From the NCBI GenBank assembly GCA_013178125.1, contig JABLXJ010000008.1, forward strand, positions 78,305 to 142,304: a stretch of DNA of 64,000 nucleotides. Reading direction: 5' to 3'. Position 1 is the first letter of the stretch; each line of letters starts with the position of its first letter. A program made the translations under genes and the position numbers. The notes beneath the pieces are model-generated. The model saw only the letters and a list, made by a program, of their open reading frames with translations. It made no database searches and was not told the DNA's origin. Of the stretch, positions 30,135 through 39,623 are shown piece by piece. The DNA comes from Bacillota bacterium. Its GTDB lineage: Bacteria > Bacillota > SHA-98 > Ch115 > JABLXJ01.

Positions 30135-31415
30135 CTATTTCCTGGCAGCAGTCCTCTGCGTAGCAGTCCCCTGGATAGCAGACCTCTGCGCAGCGGACCT
30201 CTGCCGGATGTGCCGCTCAAATGCAGCCTCAAAAACCGGAATGCTCGCCCCCAGGAGGCGGGCGGACTCGCCCAGGCTCGAGATCTTCACCGGGACTCTC
30301 TCGTCCAGTATCGGCCGGAATTTGTTTATGGCGCGCCCTATTTCCTCGAAAAGCGGCTGCCCCTTCTCAATTATCTTGCCGCTCAGGAATATCACATCCG
30401 GATTCAGGATGCGGCTCAGATTCACGATGCCGGCAGCCAGGTAGCCAGCAACCTTCTGAATAGCCTCCATGGCAACGGCATCGCCCTGGCGCGCCGCCTG
30501 GGAGATTGCTGACACGGGAATCTTGCCCTCCTGGTCCCGCTCCGCGGTTGAGAGGACGCTATCTCTTCCTGCATTCAACATACCATCTACATACTCCACA
30601 AGCGCCTTCATGGAGGCGACGCGTTCCAGGCAACCACGGTTCCCACATTCACATTCCGGTCCATCCATATCTATCACGGTATGACCGATCTCGCCCGCCA
30701 CCCCGTCGGCCCCCCTGTGAATCCTGCCGTCGACCATGAGCCCGACGCCGATACCGTCAAATATATTGAGGTATAGAAGATTTTTGACGTCCGTCTTCTC
30801 GCCGAAGTAGTGCTCGCCAAGTATGGCCGCGGCGGTCTCCTTTGTGATGAAGACGGGATAGCTAAAGGCCTGGGTGAGCATGGTCTTGAGGGGGACATTC
30901 CGCCAGCCGAGCGGGTAGGAGACCAGTACCGTGCCCGTTTCGGGATCGGATATACCCGGCACCGCCACCCCGATCCCCAGGATCTGCTCCCTCATGGATA
31001 CCCGGGTCTTGATGAAGGTATCCAGGGCGCGGATCAAATCCAGCATCAGCGTGTTTTCACCGGGCTTGACGTGAAAATTCGCGCTGCTGATTATCCGGCC
31101 CGCCAGGTCCACCACCGCAACCTTGATATCCTTATCGCTCATATCAACGCAGATGCTGTATTTGCCCTCACCGTTGATATCATATAGGACCGCGCGACGC
31201 CCACCCGTTGACTTTCCGATGCCTTTTTCCTTTATGAAGCCCAGCGCGACCAGGTCCCTTATTATATTCGTCGCGCTCACCGTCGTAAGGCCCGTCATCC
31301 TCGCTATATCCGGCTTCGAGACCGGCCCGTACCGGCGCACGATATCGACCACGGCCGCCCTGTTTTCCCTGTAGACTGATTGAACATTCTTACCTGAATA
31401 GACTTTGCCGTCCAA
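30135..31415 (-). CDS. ROK family transcriptional regulator (N-terminal wHTH + ROK sugar-kinase-like domain)
   Basis: HTH ISKPDIARMTGLTTVSATNIIRDL. ROK zinc motif CECGNRGCLE. Confidence 0.85.
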   Translation of the reverse strand: MDGKVYSGKNVQSVYRENRAAVVDIVRRYGPVSKPDIARMTGLTTVSATNIIRDLVALGFIKEKGIGKSTGGRRAVLYDINGEGKYSICVDMSDKDIKVAVVDLAGRIISSANFHVKPGENTLMLDLIRALDTFIKTRVSMREQILGIGVAVPGISDPETGTVLVSYPLGWRNVPLKTMLTQAFSYPVFITKETAAAILGEHYFGEKTDVKNLLYLNIFDGIGVGLMVDGRIHRGADGVAGEIGHTVIDMDGPECECGNRGCLERVASMKALVEYVDGMLNAGRDSVLSTAERDQEGKIPVSAISQAARQGDAVAMEAIQKVAGYLAAGIVNLSRILNPDVIFLSGKIIEKGQPLFEEIGRAINKFRPILDERVPVKISSLGESARLLGASIPVFEAAFERHIRQRSAAQRSAIQGTATQRTAARK

Positions 31416-31980
31416 GCCTGCGCACTTCTTCCCCTATTTTTAGGTGTTTTAAGTGTCCTAAGTGTCCTGAGCTCCCCTGCTTTGGTGCCTCGCGCTTTGG
31501 TGCCGCGCACTTCGGCTCTAGGTGCCCGGTGCCGCGCAGGTTCAAACCTACATGGGAATATTCGAAATGCGTTTACGAAGTAACGCGAGGGCACTGCTAT
31601 AGCCGCGTAGGCACCGTACGAACCCGAAGACCTGCAACTTCATACATTAAGAGAGCGGGACCACTCTGCGTCGAACCCACGTGAATCGGGCTGATGCATA
31701 TAAAAAGCCGGAATATGCAATGATCATGGGATATTACTTTGCAAAGACCTTTTATAATCTCTATTTCTAAGTGTTCTACATGCCTGGTGAATTTCCTGCT
31801 TCACTTAGAAAAAAAATCTCCCAGGTTGCCGGGAGGCCCGTGGGGGTTCGTAGATATGAGGTTCGCATTCGTAGATAGAGGTCCGCAGAGGAACATCATA
31901 CATCCCGGCAAATCAGCTCGCCTGGTAACCCTCGCCCGGCAGAATCATATGTTGCCAGGGCAACCTCCAGGGCTCTTAGT

Positions 31981-33228
31981 TCATCCCCCCTGTAGTTGCT
32001 GGGCAGAGGCTTTAATTCTTATGGCTTTCTCTTGATAAAATATATTTACAAAAATGATAGCAACCCCCAGAATCGGCAGGAGGGCCGTAGCGAGCGCAAT
32101 TCGCAACCCGAGATGGTCAGCCAGGGCCCCTATGATCCACGGGTAGACCATGCCGCCTATCGCGCCGGCGGCGATCAGGGCCCCAAAAGCGCTGCCAGTC
32201 ATGGCCCCGAATCTCCCGCCGGCATATGCAAGGATGGTGGGCCAGATCGGCGAATATGCGAGCCCGACAAGAAAGAAGGTTATGAGGGCAAGCCATGGCG
32301 CCCGAACGACGATGGCCAGGGCCAGCAGGGCAAAACCCGCAACTGCGCAGCAGAATACCAGGGCCGCCTCGGAGCAGTACCGCAACACAAAGCCCGCACT
32401 GAATCTCCCGATGATCATCGACCCCCAGAAGAGGGAAAGGGCCGAGCTTGCCAGGATCGCGCCTGCGGACAGGCTTGTTGCCATATACGTCGGGACCCAG
32501 CTTGCAACCCCCATCTCGGACCCAACGTAAAACGCCATGCCGAGCGCAAGCTTGAGAAAAAGCCTGTCGCCCCCCAGCTTCCGGAGCTTGTCCACGGTTA
32601 TAGGCTCATCAGATCCCGAAGCCCTCGGGAACACCTGCCTTGCGAGGGTTCCGAAGCATACAAGGGCCAGGACCGCGGTGGCTACGTACATCACACGCCA
32701 GCTCAGATTGCTCGCCACCAGGCTGCCCGCTATAAACGGCCCGAGGAGCGCGCCAAGCCCGAAGAAGACCTGCGACAGGTTGAGGAAGAACCCCTTCCTC
32801 TCAGGATTCAAGTCCGCTACCAGCGCGCTGACGGTGCCTTCAGTGATCCCGCACCCCATGCCGAGGACAAATGACGAAACGAGCATAAGCCCGAATGACG
32901 GTGAGAATCCGAACCCCAGGAGGCCGCAAGCCATGATGGCAAGGCCCAGGATTAGAACCCTGCGCCCGAGGATATCAGACATGATCCCGGAGAACACCAC
33001 CACGGCTGAAAAACCGAGGAAATAAATCAGGAATAGGGCGCCGAGCCTTGCCAGGCCGACCCGCAGGTCGCCATCGATACTTACGAGCGAGGCTGGTGTG
33101 ATGTTCGAAGCTATAGCCATCGTGACTACCGCGAAATACGACAAATAGGTAAGCTTCTGCGAATTATACAAAAAGATCACCGCTCCTCCAGGACTGCTCG
33201 CCCATCTCTGTGCGTCCATTATATTCAC
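31981..33228 (-). CDS. MFS transporter
   Basis: 12 hydrophobic segments. DILGRRV motif. Confidence 0.8.
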   Translation of the reverse strand: MNIMDAQRWASSPGGAVIFLYNSQKLTYLSYFAVVTMAIASNITPASLVSIDGDLRVGLARLGALFLIYFLGFSAVVVFSGIMSDILGRRVLILGLAIMACGLLGFGFSPSFGLMLVSSFVLGMGCGITEGTVSALVADLNPERKGFFLNLSQVFFGLGALLGPFIAGSLVASNLSWRVMYVATAVLALVCFGTLARQVFPRASGSDEPITVDKLRKLGGDRLFLKLALGMAFYVGSEMGVASWVPTYMATSLSAGAILASSALSLFWGSMIIGRFSAGFVLRYCSEAALVFCCAVAGFALLALAIVVRAPWLALITFFLVGLAYSPIWPTILAYAGGRFGAMTGSAFGALIAAGAIGGMVYPWIIGALADHLGLRIALATALLPILGVAIIFVNIFYQEKAIRIKASAQQLQGG

Positions 33229-33242
33229 ATATTTTCACATAT

Positions 33243-33500
33243 TCACGGCGCGACATCATAATAAGCAGGCGGATTCAAGACCGCCCTCCAGAAAACCTTG
33301 AGCCGGTCCCGGTAGAAGTCGTAACCAGAATCAAAGGGGCTGACCTCCGAGATATGCCTCTCACATCGCCTGCACACGAAATGACCCAGGATGGTGATCC
33401 CGCGCACCATCATTCTACCACATATGATGCATTTCCTTCGCTCCAGAATCCTGCCCCTGCGCCCGGTCACGTATCCCACCGCCCAGATAGCATCGTTCAT
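33243..33500 (-). CDS. csfB: Anti-sigma-G factor Gin (CsfB)
   Basis: CIICGRMMVRGITILGHFVCRRCERHISEVSPFDSGYDFYRDRLK aligns with B. subtilis CsfB (CVICDQ...RGIHLYTKFICLDCERKVIS...DPDYAFYVKKLK). The N-terminal extension in the ORF is probably not translated. Confidence 0.75.
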   Translation of the reverse strand: MNDAIWAVGYVTGRRGRILERRKCIICGRMMVRGITILGHFVCRRCERHISEVSPFDSGYDFYRDRLKVFWRAVLNPPAYYDVAP

Positions 33501-33664
33501 CTATAGAATTCCCGCCCTTTCGCCATATTCCTTCTTTGAACCTCTGCCCTGCTATTAAGGTATTCCCCGGTGTGAAGAAATGTGAGGCGTATTGTGAGGC
33601 ATATCGGAGGCATATTTTGGGCCCGGTCACCTCACCACCTCCCCGGTGACCTCGAGCGGTAATC

Positions 33665-35608
33665 TCAAGCATTTTCCCCCTCCGATTTCCCCGCTGTTTT
33701 CAGCCTGCGCCACAGGGTGGTCTGGCTGATCCCGAGAAGCGCCGCCGCCCTTCTCTTGCTCCCCCCGCACTCCTTTAGCGCCCTCTCGATAGCCTCCAGC
33801 TCCATCTCGCGGAGGCTTCTACAACCGCCCTCCTCACCCCCCTCACGGCGCCCATGCGACCCGGGGCATTCCTTGCTGGATAACATGGAATTCACGAGGC
33901 CGGGGGGCATACTCCCGTCCCCGGGGTCGGCCAGGGCTCCTATACGCTCCACGAAATTCTCCAGCTCCCGGATATTGCCAGGCCACCTGTAATTCAACAC
34001 GACCTCCATATCCTCAGGATCCAATTCCTTGAGGGGGTGGCCGAGCCGGAGCTCGCACTTTCTCATGAAGTATTCAAGACATGCCCGTATGTCTTCCTTA
34101 CCCCGTTCCCTTAGGGGTGGAAGCATGAGATTGAGGACGTCAAGGCGGTAGTATAAGTCCTTCCGGAAGTTACCTTCCTGAACAAGGGCCTCGAGATCCT
34201 TGTTCGTGGCCGCGATGATCCTTATATCCACAGGTATGACCCTATCATCCCCTAAACGTATGACCTCCTTTTCCTGGATGACCCTGAGGAACCTCGCCTG
34301 CACGCTCAGGGGCATCTCGCTGACCTCATCAAGGAATATGGTCCCCCGGTGAGCCAGCTCAAACAACCCCGCCTTCCCCTGCTTCCGCGCGCCCGTAAAC
34401 GCCCCCTCCACATAGCCGAAGAGCTCGCTCTCCAAGAGGCTTTCAGGCAGGGCCGCGCAATTCACCGCCACAAAAGGGCCATTAGCCCTCGGGCTTGCGT
34501 TGTGGATGGCCTGGGCGAACATCTCCTTGCCCGTGCCCGTTTCACCGCAAATCAGGATGGGGCTATCCATCTGGCTGTATCGCTTCGCCATTTCAACCAG
34601 CTGCGACATAGCACGGCTCGACCCGATGATATCCGAGAAATGAACCCTGGCGACAAGGCCCCGCGTCGCCAGCGCCTTTCGCGCCTTGGCCTCGAGGCCC
34701 TGGATCCGGCCTATATCAAGAAAATTTACCACGGCGCCAACAGGCCGTCCGTCAAGAACGATGGGGATACGATTAGTTATGACCTGGACCCCGCCAATAT
34801 TCCGTATCTTGCCAACCTCGGGCCCTGTCTTGAGAGCTAGGATATCTGTGCCGCGTAACTCCGGCATTACGAAGTCTATGGGTTTGCCAATGACATTGGA
34901 TGCCTTGAGGCGAGTTATCTGCTCAGCCATGGGGTTGAAGACGGTGATTATCCCGTTCTTATCGAGGGCGATGATCCCGTCATAGGCGAAATCCAGGATC
35001 GCGCGGATGTTCTCAGTCCGTTCCCGCTCCCGCTGCTTGACGGGGATGAGGCGCCAGGCCTCGAGAAGGGCGGCGGCGAGCGCCTCCTCCCCAGCCTTTA
35101 TCCTGAGCCCCTGAATGCCATAGGAGGCTGCAAGGGAGGTGACAGCAATGCCCCCGAGGAGAACCTCCACCCCAAGGTCCCGCATCCGTCGAATTGCGTC
35201 ATGAAGGGCCTTGGGCCTGTCCGAATCGAGGACATAGGCGCCCACGAACTTCATGCCCAGGAGAGGGGCCAGCATCGAGGCGCCCTTTACAACATTGGAC
35301 ATGTGTGCGACCCCGACCCTGTCGCTGACCGCCCTCGCGGCATTCAGGGCGCGGGCTATATCATAACCCGTTATCTCCACGTTTACGAGGGGGACATCTG
35401 AAACCTGCCGGGCGCGCCTCAGGCTGTAGCCCCACCTGCTGACCACAACCTCAATCCCTCTCTCACTGCATGTGGCCAAGAGCTTGAGCCGCTCCTCCCC
35501 TACGGCGACCACTATATCTACCCCGACGTCGATGCCCAGGGAATCCTCCAGTTTGCCAACCAGCTGTGCAGTCTCCTCCTCCGGCGCGATAAATAGAATC
35601 TTGCCCAA
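33665..35608 (-). CDS. Sigma-54-dependent transcriptional activator, PrpR-like N-terminal sensing domain + PAS + AAA+ + Fis HTH
   Basis: GETGTGKEMFAQAIH and GAFTGA motifs; ESELFGY; C-terminal HTH AAALLGISQTTLWRRLK. 647 aa. Confidence 0.9.
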   Translation of the reverse strand: MGKILFIAPEEETAQLVGKLEDSLGIDVGVDIVVAVGEERLKLLATCSERGIEVVVSRWGYSLRRARQVSDVPLVNVEITGYDIARALNAARAVSDRVGVAHMSNVVKGASMLAPLLGMKFVGAYVLDSDRPKALHDAIRRMRDLGVEVLLGGIAVTSLAASYGIQGLRIKAGEEALAAALLEAWRLIPVKQRERERTENIRAILDFAYDGIIALDKNGIITVFNPMAEQITRLKASNVIGKPIDFVMPELRGTDILALKTGPEVGKIRNIGGVQVITNRIPIVLDGRPVGAVVNFLDIGRIQGLEAKARKALATRGLVARVHFSDIIGSSRAMSQLVEMAKRYSQMDSPILICGETGTGKEMFAQAIHNASPRANGPFVAVNCAALPESLLESELFGYVEGAFTGARKQGKAGLFELAHRGTIFLDEVSEMPLSVQARFLRVIQEKEVIRLGDDRVIPVDIRIIAATNKDLEALVQEGNFRKDLYYRLDVLNLMLPPLRERGKEDIRACLEYFMRKCELRLGHPLKELDPEDMEVVLNYRWPGNIRELENFVERIGALADPGDGSMPPGLVNSMLSSKECPGSHGRREGGEEGGCRSLREMELEAIERALKECGGSKRRAAALLGISQTTLWRRLKTAGKSEGENA

Positions 35609-36079
35609 TGCCCGGCTCCCTCCTCAATAATTAAGTACCAATGTAAGTAACTGTGTGATTACCAATGAATTTACCAATAGATTACGGATGCGCTTTTCAT
35701 TCTGAAATACGAGAGCCAATACCGACCTCCTGACGAGGCAATATTTGATCCAACGTTTCATTTTGTAAAGACCATGTTTCATTTTTTAATTCGACGTTGC
35801 CGTTTCCTCTCCTGCCGGGCGGCTCTGCTCCGGCCCCGGACCGCGCCTCGAAAATTAATTTATGGCCATATGCCTTGACCCTAAGGCATATGGCCTGTGC
35901 CCACGATGCTTTCCCCTGGTCTCCTGGCATCCATCTTGCTTCATGTGATGGATAAGACATTGAACATGTAAAATGTGTGGAACACCCCAGTAGTCGCCTG
36001 TAATCCTAAGGGCGAGTTTCGAAGATTACCGCTGCTTTTCCAGGACTTACGGTGTTTGCGTGACGGGGCCTTTGAAATT

Positions 36080-36095
36080 TGGCAGGGCCCTCGCG
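36080..36095 (+). promoter_or_regulatory. Candidate sigma-54 (-24/-12) promoter for the amidohydrolase-tct operon
   Basis: TGGCAGGGCCCTCGC has GG (36081-82) and GC (36093-94) at the canonical 12-nt register of TGGCAC-N5-TTGC. It is ~185 nt upstream of the ATG at 36282 and adjacent to the sigma54 activator gene. It is embedded in the inverted repeat AAATTTGGC-N11-GCCAAATTT (36075-36103). Confidence 0.35.
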
Positions 36096-36281
36096 CCAAA
36101 TTTCAACGGAGGCGCGCCGCAAGCGCGCCGTCCCCGGAGCGCAATACCGTAAGTCCTGGAACGTGCTGGTAAACTGGCACAAATTAGGGAACCTGCACTT
36201 AGCATAACTGTAAACATCTCATCTCCACTATCATGGCACATCTCTATTACTGGCATCGACTATGTAAGGAGGTCTTTATCA

Positions 36282-37673
36282 ATGAACGGAAAAGTGCAGC
36301 TGCTGATCACCGGCGGGGATGTTTACACCCCATCGAGGCCAATCAAGGCCGATATCGTAGTGAAAGATGAGAAGATCGTTTCCCTTCAGGCCCCCGGGAC
36401 GTTCCAGGGGGAGGCGGAAAAGATCATCGATGCATCCGGGAAGTCCGTCATCCCGGGCCTGATCGATACCCACGCCCACTTCAGGGAGCCCGGCTTCACC
36501 CACAAGGAGGACTTCGAGACGGGCACACGGGCCGCCGCGGCGGGAGGCGTCACCCTCGCCGTTGACATGCCTAACACCAAGCCCACTACCAATTCGCCCG
36601 AGCGCTTCGAGGAGCACCGCAAGGCCTCCGAGCAGAAGGCAATAGTTGACTTCAACCACTGGCCGGGACCTCCCCATGACCTGGATCAGATCAAGGACCT
36701 GATGGACATGGGCGCAATAGGTATCAAGGTCTTCATGATGAAGGATACCAAGCGGGGTTATCCCCACATGCCCGAGCTGGGCATAACCGACGACGGTCAC
36801 CTCATGGAGATTATGAGGGCATGCCAGAAATACGGCGCGATTGTCGCAATTCACCCTCACAACCAGGAGCTCTGTGAGCATATCGAGAAACGGTATTTCT
36901 GGGAGAAGGGCCTCACGAGCCCTGGAGACTACGCCAAGGCATTGAGATGGGGCGACTCGATAATCTACGACACGGCCTTCGCCCTGCTCCTCCTCCTGGC
37001 GCGGTCAACAGGTGTCAAGCTGCACCTCCTGCACCTCAACACCTATCTCGGCGTCGAGATGGTGAGGCTTGCCACGCAGTATAACGTGAATGTGACGGCT
37101 GAGATCAACCCGCCGCACCTCTTTGTCACATGGAAGGACGTCCAGGAGAAGGGCCCTTATGTGCTGGGGACGTGGACGCCGCCCAAGGACCAGGAGGCCC
37201 TGTGGCGAGCATGCACGGAGGACCTGTTTACCGTCCTGCTTGCAACCGATCACGCGCCTCACGCGAAAGAGGAGAAGGAGATCGGCTGGCAGGATATGTG
37301 GAAGGCGCACGGCGGCGCCCCGTATATCCAGCATTATCTCTCGCTGCTCCTCACGGCGGCGAACGAGGGCAGGATAACAGTCGAGCGGATCGTCAAGCTC
37401 TGCTCGGAGACGCCTGCGAAGGTCTTCGGCTTCTACCCGCGCAAGGGGGTCATCCAGCCCGGCTCTGACGCCGACCTGGTAATCATCGACATGAATAAAA
37501 AGGAGGAAATAACCACAGATAGAATTTATAGTAAGTGCGGCTGGACTCCTTTCGAGGGATGGGAGGTAAAGGGCGTGCCCATCCAGACGATCGTGAGAGG
37601 CAAGGTAGTCATGGAGAACGGGGAGGTGATCGGCGAGCCCGGGCATGGGAAGTTCATTACGCCGCAGAGGTAG
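36282..37673 (+). CDS. Cyclic amidohydrolase (dihydropyrimidinase/allantoinase/dihydroorotase-type)
   Basis: DTHAHFREPG HxH metal motif. Carboxylated-Lys region GIKVFMMKD. 463 aa, which fits the hydantoinase/allantoinase size class. Confidence 0.8.
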   Translation: MNGKVQLLITGGDVYTPSRPIKADIVVKDEKIVSLQAPGTFQGEAEKIIDASGKSVIPGLIDTHAHFREPGFTHKEDFETGTRAAAAGGVTLAVDMPNTKPTTNSPERFEEHRKASEQKAIVDFNHWPGPPHDLDQIKDLMDMGAIGIKVFMMKDTKRGYPHMPELGITDDGHLMEIMRACQKYGAIVAIHPHNQELCEHIEKRYFWEKGLTSPGDYAKALRWGDSIIYDTAFALLLLLARSTGVKLHLLHLNTYLGVEMVRLATQYNVNVTAEINPPHLFVTWKDVQEKGPYVLGTWTPPKDQEALWRACTEDLFTVLLATDHAPHAKEEKEIGWQDMWKAHGGAPYIQHYLSLLLTAANEGRITVERIVKLCSETPAKVFGFYPRKGVIQPGSDADLVIIDMNKKEEITTDRIYSKCGWTPFEGWEVKGVPIQTIVRGKVVMENGEVIGEPGHGKFITPQR

Positions 37674-37782
37674 GCACAATTAAAATTATAGGTAGCAACT
37701 AAAGGTAGACGGGTAGATATCGATAAGTAATAGCCGGGTAATAGTAAACTGCAGGTAAGGAAGCAACTATAATTTACAGGGG

Positions 37783-38799
37783 GTGAGGAGTTTCATGATG
37801 AATAGGGGTTTGAAACGCCTGGCAAGCGGTTTGTTGATGGGGATAATGTTCCTATCCCTGTGCGTGGGGGTGGCCGCAGCCCAGGAGGAGAAGTTTCCGA
37901 CCAAGCCCATCCGCATGATTATAACGCATGATGTCGGCGGCAGCGTCGATATGGCGGCAAGGGGAATAATCCCTTACCTAGAGAAGTACCTCGGGGTGAA
38001 TATACAACCAGAGAATATGGTCGGCGCCGGCGGGCGGCGGGCGATGGAATATATGTTTAATCAGGCTCCCGCCGATGGTTATACAATCGTGGTGTCGGCC
38101 TTCCCATCCAGGCTGCTCGGTGAGCTGACCTATCCCCAGTCGAAATATAAGATGTCGGAGTTCGTCCACCTCGGAGCGTGGGTGGGCGGGGACTATCGAT
38201 CGATAATAGTGGCCAAATCATCGAAATTTAAGACATTTAACGACATCCTGAATGAATCCAAAAAGAGGAAGCTGACGGCCGCCGGTGGAGGGGGCCTCGG
38301 CTCCACGTCGCAGCTCCAGGCCGTCATGTTGAAGGATGTCGTTGGTCTGAATGCTGAGTTTATCCCCTTCGACAGCACGGCGGAGGTTGCCGCCGCAGTG
38401 CTCGGGAAACATGTGGACTTCGGTTTGATGCCCCTTTCGAGCTCCCTGCGGTATGCGAAAACGGGCGATGTGAGGATCGTGGCCGTCCACTCGCGCAAGA
38501 GGATGCCCGAATGTCCTGATGTGCCTACCATGGAGGAGCTGGGGTTCCCAGGCGTGGTAATTCCCTACGGTGTCGGCGCCTGGGCGCCTCCTAAGACCCC
38601 GGCCTCGAAGGCCAAAATCCTCGAGGAGGCGATCGTCAAGGCATCCAATGACCCGCAATTCAAGGCATGGGCTGAGAAGACCGATATGCTCCTCGAACCG
38701 CTTAATGCTGAGGAATTCTACAGGACGACGATGGATGATTATAAGAACATCCAAAAGGTCCTGCCTATGCTGATGAAGGCAGCGGGGACGAGCAAATAG
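37783..38799 (+). CDS. tctC: Tripartite tricarboxylate transporter substrate-binding protein TctC (Bug family)
   Basis: Signal peptide; 338 aa. Operonic with tctB and tctA. Confidence 0.8.
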   Translation: MRSFMMNRGLKRLASGLLMGIMFLSLCVGVAAAQEEKFPTKPIRMIITHDVGGSVDMAARGIIPYLEKYLGVNIQPENMVGAGGRRAMEYMFNQAPADGYTIVVSAFPSRLLGELTYPQSKYKMSEFVHLGAWVGGDYRSIIVAKSSKFKTFNDILNESKKRKLTAAGGGGLGSTSQLQAVMLKDVVGLNAEFIPFDSTAEVAAAVLGKHVDFGLMPLSSSLRYAKTGDVRIVAVHSRKRMPECPDVPTMEELGFPGVVIPYGVGAWAPPKTPASKAKILEEAIVKASNDPQFKAWAEKTDMLLEPLNAEEFYRTTMDDYKNIQKVLPMLMKAAGTSK

Positions 38800-39014
38800 C
38801 ATCAAAAGCATCATACCTGCGAATTGCCGTTCATTAATCGCCGTTCATTGTCCGGCTTCAGTCTAAACAGGGGTAAGCCCGCTGCGACCTCGCTGCGACC
38901 TCAGGGTTGCCAGCGCAGGATGCGCCACCGGGGCCGCAGCGGGCTCCACACACTAAACTACACACCTATAATAGTGGGCTGGAGCTGATGTAAAAGACAC
39001 GAGGGGGCGAAGAT

Positions 39015-39488
39015 ATGTCAAAAAAGGCGACCTATACCTGGGTCGGCATCGCTGAGTGGTTATTTCCCCTTGTCCTGCTGGCATTCTGCCTCCTGCTCTT
39101 CTTTATGGGATTTAGATATCAACCAAGGACGAGGGAACTGCCTCAAATCATCGCAGCTATTACCGCGGCGATGCTGGTGGCACACCTGGCGCTCATACGC
39201 ATGGATCGCAGGGACGCAAAGACGGTGCCGATGCCGCGGGCCAATAAGGCGGCGTTGATTTACTCACTCCTGGCCGTACCTGTGTTTATCCTGATCCTCC
39301 ATTTCCTGGGCTTCATTATCGCTTCTCTGGTCCTGGTAGCGGCCCTCACATATATTCTCGGGATGCGCCGCACCCCGGTGCTTGTCGCTGTGCCAATCGG
39401 CGCCACGCTTTTTCTATATGCGGTCTTTGGGATGCTCCTCGGTGTCCCGCTGCCGCGTGGGCTGATATTCCAGTTACTTTTCCATTAA
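39015..39488 (+). CDS. tctB: Tripartite tricarboxylate transporter small membrane protein TctB
   Basis: 157 aa with 4 TM. Sits between the tctC and tctA homologues. Confidence 0.6.
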   Translation: MSKKATYTWVGIAEWLFPLVLLAFCLLLFFMGFRYQPRTRELPQIIAAITAAMLVAHLALIRMDRRDAKTVPMPRANKAALIYSLLAVPVFILILHFLGFIIASLVLVAALTYILGMRRTPVLVAVPIGATLFLYAVFGMLLGVPLPRGLIFQLLFH

Positions 39489-39623
39489 TACCTGGGCCAG
39501 GATAAGACCGCTACCGCTAAAGCGCGTAGATATAAATAAACGCGATATATGCGGTATAGAGGTCCTTCTCGAATTAAAAACCCCTTTCTGAATCTCTAAA
39601 AACCCCGAAAGGAGTGAGGTCCC

